From Nostoc sp. PCC 7120 = FACHB-418 (GTDB taxonomy: Bacteria; Cyanobacteriota; Cyanobacteriia; Cyanobacteriales; Nostocaceae): a stretch of DNA of 32,000 bases. How positions within the stretch are numbered: position 1 is the first letter of the stretch; each line of letters opens with the position of its first letter. The position numbers and the translations under genes were made by a program. Positions 1 through 7,924 of this stretch are shown here, one piece after another. Below the pieces are notes generated by a model. That model had not been told where the DNA came from and made no database searches. It saw nothing but the letters and a program-made list of their open reading frames with translations. Location: positions 4,530,001 to 4,562,000 of the forward strand of contig NC_003272.1 of assembly GCF_000009705.1 (NCBI RefSeq), in the 5' to 3' direction.

Positions 1-354
1 AAACATACAAGTACATCTCGTACTACTAATTACATCAGTCTCTACACAGGTAGTCAACCTCTAGCCTACGTGACGGTTTTACCGCAAGAAAATATCAGTA
101 TTGGTGACAATATTACAGTTACAGATCAATCTGGTCAAAGCATCAATGCCAACGTTACCAGAGAAGGAGAGAAAATGAGAATTAGCTTTGCTCAACCAGT
201 AGCGCCAGGAAGCACTCTAGAAATTGTTCTCACAGATTTGGCATTTGGTTATCCGTATCCCTCCAAGAGTACTTTTAATTATGAATTAGCTGGTGGACAT
301 ATTGGCTTCAACCGAGAGATTCCTTATGGTTTAGCTCAGTTTCAAGTATATTAA
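1..354 (+). CDS. Hypothetical protein, C-terminal part (5' end lies outside the window); resembles cyanobacterial DUF2808-type proteins
   Basis: Frame 1 is open from base 1, with no stop before the listed GTG at 70, so the ORF probably starts upstream of the window. Stop is TAA at 352-354. The DUF2808 label is from memory of this cyanobacteria-restricted family and is unverified. Confidence 0.55.
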   Translation, partial: KHTSTSRTTNYISLYTGSQPLAYVTVLPQENISIGDNITVTDQSGQSINANVTREGEKMRISFAQPVAPGSTLEIVLTDLAFGYPYPSKSTFNYELAGGHIGFNREIPYGLAQFQVY

Positions 355-390
355 CTCCATTTGTTAATTCAATGTCTCAAGAAAATTAGG

Positions 391-430
391 AAGTGTTGGG
401 TTGGAAGTCTTAATTTTCAACTCAACACTT
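391..430. terminator. Stem-loop between convergent genes, possible bidirectional terminator
   Basis: AAGTGTTGGGTTG (391-403) pairs with CAACTCAACACTT (418-430): a 13-bp stem with one G:U pair and a 14-nt loop. The minus-strand side is followed by a T-rich run (CCTAATTTTCTT). It lies between the stop at 354 (+) and the stop at 462 (-). Confidence 0.45.
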
Positions 431-461
431 AATTATTAATAACTATCGACCAAATAGATCA

Positions 462-1253
462 TTATTTATTTTCCTGCATATTCCTGACAATTTTAGTTAC
501 TAGTTTCCTGGGGATAAATCTGATACTTTTCGCCATGATTTTATTGATCAAACCAGGAATAACAATTGTTTTACCCTGCATTAAACCACGATAACCAATA
601 TCGGCTACTGTTGACGCATCCATCATCCTTTTACCTTTGACTAGTTTAGAATCTGCCATCCCCGTTCTTTGATGGAAAGCAGACTGTGTTGTTCCTGGGC
701 AAAGAACCGTCACAGTGACACCTGTACCGTCTAATTCATTGGCGAGTGCTTCAGAAAAAGATAATACGTAGGCTTTAGTCGCAAAATAAACGGCCATCAA
801 AGGCCCTGGTTGAAAAGCCGCAGCAGAAGAGACATTTAATATTTTTCCCTCACCTTGCTGAACCATATTTTTGAGAAATAACTTAGTTAAATGGGTAGTA
901 CATACCACATTTACCTGTAGCATTTCTAGTTCATCAGTAAGGTTAGTGTCATTAAATAATCCATAAGTACCAAACCCAGCATTATTGACTAGCACATCAA
1001 CTTTAATATTTGCCTGTTCTACCTCTTGAAAAATTTCTTCAGGAGATGTTGTTTTAGATAAATCTCGGACAATAGGCTTAACAGAAATTCCGAATTTATC
1101 TTGAAACTCAATCGCTATTTCTTCTAGTTTTTCCTTTGCCCGATCTACTAATACGAGATTGTAATCATTTTCAGCGAAAATACACACTAATTCATAACCA
1201 ATACCACTAGCTGCACCAGTAATTAGAGCAGTCTGCTTATGTGTTGTGTTCAT
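462..1253 (-). CDS. Short-chain dehydrogenase/reductase (SDR) family oxidoreductase
   Basis: 263 aa. It has the TGAASGIG Rossmann motif (TGxxxGxG), NNAG, and a Ser...YxxxK catalytic arrangement (SSAAAF...YFATKAY). Confidence 0.9.
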   Translation of the reverse strand: MNTTHKQTALITGAASGIGYELVCIFAENDYNLVLVDRAKEKLEEIAIEFQDKFGISVKPIVRDLSKTTSPEEIFQEVEQANIKVDVLVNNAGFGTYGLFNDTNLTDELEMLQVNVVCTTHLTKLFLKNMVQQGEGKILNVSSAAAFQPGPLMAVYFATKAYVLSFSEALANELDGTGVTVTVLCPGTTQSAFHQRTGMADSKLVKGKRMMDASTVADIGYRGLMQGKTIVIPGLINKIMAKSIRFIPRKLVTKIVRNMQENK

Positions 1254-1939
1254 GTTTGATGTTGGGTGATTTCAATAGATTAACTAGGTCTGTATTTATC
1301 AAAAGAGACTTGATAATTAAGGAATTGACCTATTTTAAAAACCAAAATGATAACGCTTTAAATATGATTCAGCAGCCTGCGATAACTATCAGGGTAAATA
1401 AATTTCAGCAATCGAACTTAGTTAGTGTGCGCTTAAATCCTCTTGTTTTGGTTAAGGATCAGGAGAAGCTAGCTGCATCCGTAATTTGCACATAATTTTT
1501 GCTGATTTCAGGCTCCTGAATTCTAATTTTTATTTGATAAATATGAACGAGCCGTCCAAAATTATATTCAACTTATTGGGTCATTTTTGTATATATATAT
1601 TCTATCTAAAAAATAATTTTTGTTCGGAATTAAAACTATATTATTTAGAGTAATGCTTGCAAAAGTTTAAATATGTATATCTGACTGGATGAATTTTTGT
1701 GTAGTATGTGCTGGACAAATATCATACTTAATCTCCGACTTTACGGTGGTTATGAAACTAGAAACCCTTGTAAAGTATGGATTTTTTAATTTTTAATTGG
1801 TATTCAAATGAAGTTAAATTTTATTTAATTTTTTCAAACATTAAAAGAAATTTCTATAGTGTCGAGTAAGTTAAAGTGGGCAACAGCAGAAAAATAATTC
1901 TGAGATTGTTGCTAATACTACAAAGTATGATATTTCATT

Positions 1940-3241
1940 ATGAAAATTAGCGCCTACTATAACTTTGTATATCGATACAAGTATGCTAAACACTTTTCGC
2001 CAGGACTAAAGATTCAGCTTATTTTATTTTGGAGTTTGGGTATTTGGGCGTTATTAACAGCGAATTCACAAGCTGCTCCAATACACAGAAATTGGGATAA
2101 GCCCTCAAAATCGCTAGAAAATATCACTTCTAATAATCCTGGAGATGATGTTAATTTACTCTTTATCCAGAACAATCAACGCCAACTCAATATACTTTTA
2201 AATCAATTAAATAAAAAACATATCTTAATTGCTGCCCCGGAAAACTTCAATCCTGGATTACGATTACCTCCAGCTATACCAATACCACCCACAAGACAGC
2301 CTAACCTGATTCCACCCGCAAAACCCACCGAATCGGTTAAGCCAGTGACAGTATTAGAAGGTATTCAAACAGACTTTCGTAATGATACTAATAATTTTGG
2401 TCAAAGTAACTTACTTGTTGAACCAATAATTCAATTTAAATTGCCTAATGGGAATAAAATATTTTTCAAAACAGGGTTAGAATTTTTTGAGCAACGGGAT
2501 ATGAAATCGGTCACTAACATTCCTGTGGAAATTGGTTGGCAAGGAAAATTAGATGAAATAACTCTACAAACAACAGTAGGAGTTGATGTTTTTAATCGGT
2601 TACCTACAGTTATCAATTTCAATGCTCAGATGGAAGCTCCTATTATACCACTACAAGTTTCTTCTTCAGGTCAATTAGTATCGGGTTTAATCATATCAGC
2701 TAACTTAGAACAAGGCCCTTATAAATCTAATGTTCAAACCTTAGAAAATCAAATTACAGCTTGGCGGTTTGGGCCTAATTTATATTGGCAAATTGATCGT
2801 GACACTAGTTTATTCTCATCGCTGCGTTTGGGTAATTACAGCGATCGCAATTTTGAAGTTCAGTCTTTTAGCCGGCTAGAACGCAAGTTTGGACAATTTT
2901 CTTTGGCGGCTAACTTATTCAATTGGAGTTACAGTCGCAATCTGGAAAGCACTAGCGGCTATTTTTCTCCCCCAGATTTTCTCGCATACAACGCTGAAGT
3001 TGCTTGGCAGGGGGATATTGCTAATTTCTTGCAGTGTCGGCTGTCGGCTAACTTGGGACAACAGCGCATTAATGGAAAAACTGATAACGCCAACACTTAT
3101 CAAAGTCTTTGTACAGTCAAGTTATCGCCAAAAATAGAGGCCGATATAGGCTATGGCTTCAGCAATGTGCGAAATCAAGATACAGATGGAAGTGATTATA
3201 GTGGTGGTTCTTTAACGGGACAGTTAAGGATGAGATTTTAG
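1940..3241 (+). CDS. Predicted outer-membrane beta-barrel protein (possible polysaccharide export porin)
   Basis: 433 aa. An N-terminal hydrophobic segment ends ...LLTANSQA/AP, resembling a signal peptidase I site. A Pro-rich linker follows (PPAIPIPPTRQPNLIPPAKP). The remaining ~290 aa have alternating polar/hydrophobic strand-like segments, and the C-terminus ...GQLRMRF ends in Phe, a typical OMP beta-signal. No family was recognised. It lies upstream of and co-directional with the GT2 cluster. Confidence 0.6.
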   Translation: MKISAYYNFVYRYKYAKHFSPGLKIQLILFWSLGIWALLTANSQAAPIHRNWDKPSKSLENITSNNPGDDVNLLFIQNNQRQLNILLNQLNKKHILIAAPENFNPGLRLPPAIPIPPTRQPNLIPPAKPTESVKPVTVLEGIQTDFRNDTNNFGQSNLLVEPIIQFKLPNGNKIFFKTGLEFFEQRDMKSVTNIPVEIGWQGKLDEITLQTTVGVDVFNRLPTVINFNAQMEAPIIPLQVSSSGQLVSGLIISANLEQGPYKSNVQTLENQITAWRFGPNLYWQIDRDTSLFSSLRLGNYSDRNFEVQSFSRLERKFGQFSLAANLFNWSYSRNLESTSGYFSPPDFLAYNAEVAWQGDIANFLQCRLSANLGQQRINGKTDNANTYQSLCTVKLSPKIEADIGYGFSNVRNQDTDGSDYSGGSLTGQLRMRF

Positions 3242-3320
3242 ATGTTAGTTAAATTTGGGAGTTGGGAAAGATAACTTTGTTGAAGCTTTGAGTAAATTAC
3301 ACAATAGGGTTTGATACAGC

Positions 3321-4808
3321 ATGAGTTCCGACTTTCAACCCCCACCTCCAGGCTTATCTATACTAGTCGCTGTTGGAGGGGTGGTTACCGCAGTGATAGC
3401 GATCGCTGGGTTAAATTCTTTGTCTAGTCGTTTGGCTCAAAATACCTCAATATCTGCAATATCAACACCTCAAACTATCTCTCCTACAGCTAATGTGGAA
3501 ACACAAGCACAAAAGGTAGCAAAACTTGATGCTAAATCTGTAGTTATACCAGGAACCTCTGTTCCTGCTAGTGAATTAACTAAAACTAAAACACCTTACA
3601 TCGGGGTGAAAATTGGCAAACTGGATGCAGCAGATATGGCTAACGCTCGGATAGCTTGGTCATATTTTCAACACAACTGGAACGATGAAACCGGCTTAGT
3701 TAATTCCGCCGATGGCTTTAGTTCTGTAACTATGTGGGATCAGGCGGCGGCGATCGCTGCTTTGGTGAGTGCTAGAGAACTTAATCTCATTCCAGTGGCA
3801 GAATTTGAGGCGAAGATGAGTAAAACGTTGCAGACTCTAGCAACCCTACCTTTATATAAAGGTGAGCTACCCAACAAAGTCTACAACGCCAAAACTCTCC
3901 TTCCTGTTAATTATGGAAAATTAGATCAACGAGAAGAAATTGGCTGGTCAGCTATTGATTTAGGACGAATGGCAATTTGGCTAAAGATCGTCGAAGCCAA
4001 GTATCCCCAAATGCGATCGCCTGTGCAAGCTGTTTGGAAGCATTGGCAAGTTAAGCGCCTCACCAAAAACGGGCAAATGTACGGCACTAGCGTTGTTCAA
4101 GGTCAAGAACAATATCACCAAGAAGGGCGCTTAGGCTATGAAAGCTACGCCGCCTACGGTTTGCAACTATGGGGGTTAGATGTCAAGCAAGCCTTAGATT
4201 ATCGGTCGCAAACCGCTTTTGTCAATCTCTACGGACAAGGTGTTCCTTACGATCGCCGCGACGCTACCAACTCAGGCGGAAATAACTACGTCCTCAGCGA
4301 ACCCTATATTCTGGATGGCATAGAAACTGGGTTTAAGGCTTTGCCTAAAGCTTATGCTGATAGAGTTTTAGCTGCTCAAGCCGCCCGTTATCAAGCAACA
4401 CAAGAGTTAACCGCTTTGACAGAAGACAATGTAGACCGTCTGCCTTACTTTGTTTACAACAGCTTGTTTGTGAACGGCAAAGCTTGGGCAACAATTACAG
4501 ATACTGGACAACAGTACAACGATTTACGCTTTCTCAGTGCCAAAGCAGCGATCGGCTGGCATATACTTTACAACACTGATTACACAAGCACTTTATCTCA
4601 CACTGTCTTCCAGCAACTGAAATCTGAGAAAGGCTGGTACAACGGATTGTACGAATCTTTACGTCAGCCAAATAAAGCCCTCACAGCTAACAATAACGGC
4701 GTAATTTTAGAAAGTTTTCTGTATAAGCAAGTTGGCAAACCCCTCACTGTTTGGGCAGGAGTTAAGGTTCAAAGCGGAGGTGTTGGAGCGATCGCACCTG
4801 AGCAATAG
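3321..4808 (+). CDS. Membrane-anchored periplasmic protein with one DUF3131-like domain (putative glycan-active six-hairpin fold)
   Basis: 495 aa. An N-terminal TM anchor (LSILVAVGGVVTAVIAIAGL) is followed by a ~400-aa domain. That domain shares conserved blocks with both halves of the next ORF: TMWD, LPNKVYN, GWSAIDLGR, EGRLGYESYA, NNYVLSEPYILDGIE, LTALTEDNVD, NKALTANNNG. The DUF3131 (PF11329) label is from memory and was not checked. Confidence 0.7.
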   Translation: MSSDFQPPPPGLSILVAVGGVVTAVIAIAGLNSLSSRLAQNTSISAISTPQTISPTANVETQAQKVAKLDAKSVVIPGTSVPASELTKTKTPYIGVKIGKLDAADMANARIAWSYFQHNWNDETGLVNSADGFSSVTMWDQAAAIAALVSARELNLIPVAEFEAKMSKTLQTLATLPLYKGELPNKVYNAKTLLPVNYGKLDQREEIGWSAIDLGRMAIWLKIVEAKYPQMRSPVQAVWKHWQVKRLTKNGQMYGTSVVQGQEQYHQEGRLGYESYAAYGLQLWGLDVKQALDYRSQTAFVNLYGQGVPYDRRDATNSGGNNYVLSEPYILDGIETGFKALPKAYADRVLAAQAARYQATQELTALTEDNVDRLPYFVYNSLFVNGKAWATITDTGQQYNDLRFLSAKAAIGWHILYNTDYTSTLSHTVFQQLKSEKGWYNGLYESLRQPNKALTANNNGVILESFLYKQVGKPLTVWAGVKVQSGGVGAIAPEQ

Positions 4809-5049
4809 TTTCAAAGTCACGATCACTGTGAACTAAAAGTAAATAAAGCATTCTACCCAGAATATATCAGTATATTAACTTGTATTTTGTACCTAAGTAC
4901 AAGAGATTCAGTGTATTCCTCGCTGATATAGCAAAGATTTCCGCCTAATATCTAAATTCATGAGTCCCCGACTTCATGTTATTCGCTAATGCGATTCAAT
5001 TCATTTCTACCGCAGTGCTATCAATGTACTGATTTTTAACTCTCCGTAT

Positions 5050-7869
5050 ATGCTATACAAGCAACGCCAACAAAAGCTGTGGAAATGGATGGCATTGTTC
5101 CTAGTTGGGACATTGTTGCAGTTTTTGTTTTATGTTCCAGTACGCACCTTGGCAGAGAGTTCTAATGTTGCTGCTAATTCCGCCAGTTGTAGCAGTATTA
5201 CATCTCCTCTCAGCCCTGAGGAACAAACTTATGCTCGTGCGGCTTGGCAATATTTTGTCAAAAACTATCAGCCAGCAACAGGATTTACTAATTCTACAGG
5301 GGGTTATCCTTCCGGTACGCTGTGGGATATGGGGAACTACTTAATGGCGTTGAATGCGGCGCGGTGGTTGAATCTCACCGATCAAGCAGACTTTGACGCT
5401 CGCCTGAATAAGTTTTTGACTGGTCTGGGAAATCTGAAGTTGTTTGAGGATGCTTTACCTAATAAAGTCTACAACGCAGCCACCGGACAGATGGTAGATT
5501 ACACTAATACTCCCATCGAACGGGGTATTGGCTGGTCGGCTTTAGATGTCGGTCGGATATTGGCGGCCTTTGATGTGATTCGCACTTGTCACCCTCAATA
5601 TAATGATTGGCTCAAAGGGATTGTCACTAAGTGGCAAGTAGGGCGATCGCTTAAAGATGAACAACTGTTTGGCGCAACAGTCCTCCCGGATAACACCACA
5701 TTACTGGTACAAGAAGGACGACTCGGCTATGAAGAATACGCCGTTAGGGGTTATCAACTTTGGGGTTTTGCCGCACCAAAAGCTCTGGCATTAGAACCAT
5801 ATAAAATGGTGGAAATTAATGGTGTACAGATTCCTGTTGATACCCGTGATTTCCAAAGCACCAATGCCAATAATTATGTTGTGAGTGAGTCTTATATTCT
5901 TGAGGGTATCGAATTTGGTTTTCAGGGAGAGTTAGGCGATTTTGCTGCTAGGGTTTTGGAGGTGCAGAAGCGGCGCTATGATGCGACAGGTCAGTTAACT
6001 GCGGTGACGGAAGACAACATCGACCAAGAACCTTATTTTCTTTACAACACTGTTTACGCCAACGGTAAAAACTGGGCAACTATCACCGATACAAATCAAC
6101 CTTACCCTCAGTTTCGTAGTGTTAGTAGCAAAGCGGCTTTTGGTTGGCGCTATCTTTTCCCAGATAATGCTTATGCACAAAAGATTTTTGATGCGGTAAA
6201 GGATCTCCGCAGTCCCGATGGCGGTGGTTTTTACGCTGGTATTTATGAGGAATCGAAACAGCCGAATAAAGCTTTAACTGGCAATACCAATGGGCTAATT
6301 TTGGAGATTTTATACTACAAAGCCAGAGGGAATCGTCCTTTAATTGGTTCGAGTGCTGTTAGTCAACCAAGCAAACCAACAAACAACAATACTTCCTCTG
6401 CTGCGACTCCCCCACCAAGAGAGACTCCCAAGGTGGCGCAAACATCTACAACCCCAACAAATTCTACCCCTCCCGCACCAGGAAATACTCCTCAGGTTGG
6501 GGAAGTGACGATCGCACCCATTCCCCCAGTGGGTAATCCAGACCCATCCTCTACCCTGAAACTCGCTCGACCCCTAACGGTAGTGGAACGACGCTATGCA
6601 GAAGCAGCATGGAGGTATTTTCAAGCCAATTATCATGCTCGTAGTGGGTTAATCGACGATCGCAGTGATTTTCAGGGTGCTACTCTTTGGGGATTGGGAG
6701 ATTATTTAGCTGCGCTTCATGCGGTGCGATCGCTGGAGATTATTTCCCCGAAGGAATTTGACCAGCGTACCCGCCATTTATTAGCGGCCTTAGCTCAACT
6801 ACCCTTATTTGCGGGAGAATTACCGAATCGAGGCTATGATACGCGAGTTCTCCAACCAATTGATTATGGTGGGAATCCTGTTCCCCAAGGTAACGGCTGG
6901 TCAGCTTTAGATGTTGGTAGGCTACTAGCAGCGCTGTATAACTTAAAAAGCTGTCACCCAGAATATACTCAAGCAGTTGATCAAATTGTTTTAGATTGGT
7001 CATACTTGCGGGTGGTGCGGGATGGAGTTCTTTCCAGCGCCACAGTTACCCCAGGTAAGGAAGGACGATATCTTACCCGCGTTAATCTAGAAACCCGCTT
7101 GGGTTATGAAGAATACGCTGCTCGTGGTTTTCAACTATGGGGATTTGAGGTAGAGGGTTCGGCTGTTGGTGGTGAATATCAAACTACCCTGGTGGAAGGG
7201 GTAAAGGTTCCTACCCAACGCCACCGCACAGATACTAACTCCAAAGTTAACCAATATACAGTCAGTAATCCTTTCTTACTTTACGCCCTGGAATTTGGTT
7301 TAGATCCCCAAATGCGATCGCTCTTTGAGTCCATTTTCCAAGCACAGGCAGAGCGTTATCGCCGCACCGATACCCTCACAGCCTCAGCTACCACTCTCAT
7401 AGACCGCAAGCCTTACACCGTCCACAGCACGATTACTGGTAAGGGTGAACCTTGGCAAACCTTAGGAGATGACGGAAAAACTGTACCTCAAGGGCGAATG
7501 GTAAGTACAGCAGTAGGTTTTGCTTATCATGCACTCCTACCAGAAAATCAATATAGTCAAAAGTTATTTGCAGGAACCACAGACTTATATAACCCACTAG
7601 CAGGGTTTTATGAGGGCTTTTATGAAACCACAGGTAAAACAGCCGTTGGTTTCACCAGCAGCACCAACAGCATGATTTTACAATCTTTACTGTACAAGGT
7701 CACGAATCGCCAACCCTTAATTCGTCCATCAAGCGCCATGCAATCACCTTGGTGGCAAGCTGTGGCTCAAGGGGACTCCGGCCGAGGCTTACCGAGAATT
7801 GCTAAATCAAAAGTCAGATTAATTTCTGATAGTTATGGCAGTTATTGGATGTCTGGTGCTTCCCAGTGA
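5050..7869 (+). CDS. Secreted or anchored protein with two tandem DUF3131-like domains joined by a Pro/Thr-rich linker
   Basis: 939 aa. There is an N-terminal hydrophobic signal or anchor (WKWMALFLVGTLLQFLFYVPVRTLA). Domain A spans roughly aa 55-435 and domain B roughly aa 505-900. Both align block by block with the 495-aa protein. The linker is SQPSKPTNNNTSSAATPPPRETPKVAQTSTTPTNSTPPAPGNTPQ... Confidence 0.75.
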   Translation: MLYKQRQQKLWKWMALFLVGTLLQFLFYVPVRTLAESSNVAANSASCSSITSPLSPEEQTYARAAWQYFVKNYQPATGFTNSTGGYPSGTLWDMGNYLMALNAARWLNLTDQADFDARLNKFLTGLGNLKLFEDALPNKVYNAATGQMVDYTNTPIERGIGWSALDVGRILAAFDVIRTCHPQYNDWLKGIVTKWQVGRSLKDEQLFGATVLPDNTTLLVQEGRLGYEEYAVRGYQLWGFAAPKALALEPYKMVEINGVQIPVDTRDFQSTNANNYVVSESYILEGIEFGFQGELGDFAARVLEVQKRRYDATGQLTAVTEDNIDQEPYFLYNTVYANGKNWATITDTNQPYPQFRSVSSKAAFGWRYLFPDNAYAQKIFDAVKDLRSPDGGGFYAGIYEESKQPNKALTGNTNGLILEILYYKARGNRPLIGSSAVSQPSKPTNNNTSSAATPPPRETPKVAQTSTTPTNSTPPAPGNTPQVGEVTIAPIPPVGNPDPSSTLKLARPLTVVERRYAEAAWRYFQANYHARSGLIDDRSDFQGATLWGLGDYLAALHAVRSLEIISPKEFDQRTRHLLAALAQLPLFAGELPNRGYDTRVLQPIDYGGNPVPQGNGWSALDVGRLLAALYNLKSCHPEYTQAVDQIVLDWSYLRVVRDGVLSSATVTPGKEGRYLTRVNLETRLGYEEYAARGFQLWGFEVEGSAVGGEYQTTLVEGVKVPTQRHRTDTNSKVNQYTVSNPFLLYALEFGLDPQMRSLFESIFQAQAERYRRTDTLTASATTLIDRKPYTVHSTITGKGEPWQTLGDDGKTVPQGRMVSTAVGFAYHALLPENQYSQKLFAGTTDLYNPLAGFYEGFYETTGKTAVGFTSSTNSMILQSLLYKVTNRQPLIRPSSAMQSPWWQAVAQGDSGRGLPRIAKSKVRLISDSYGSYWMSGASQ

Positions 7870-7924
7870 TGTAACAGGACTTGGGAGTCCTGTCTCCGAC
7901 AAGAATTTTATTACCAGTGTCAAA

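Noticed and set aside
1241-1495. 84-aa plus-strand ORF in the AT-rich spacer upstream of the OMP gene, overlapping the SDR start codon.
   Set aside because: It has no recognisable motifs and no obvious ribosome-binding site. Its composition is typical of translated AT-rich intergenic DNA. It cannot be excluded as a small protein, but there is no positive evidence.
7835-7924. An alternative upstream ATG (7835) for the GT2 synthase would overlap the DUF3131 gene by 35 nt.
   Set aside because: The extra 30 residues (MAVIGCLVLPSDVTGLGSPVSDKNFITSVK) have no counterpart I recognise in CesA-like proteins. The ATG at 7925 gives a conventional N-terminus. The overlap start remains possible, because translational coupling cannot be excluded.
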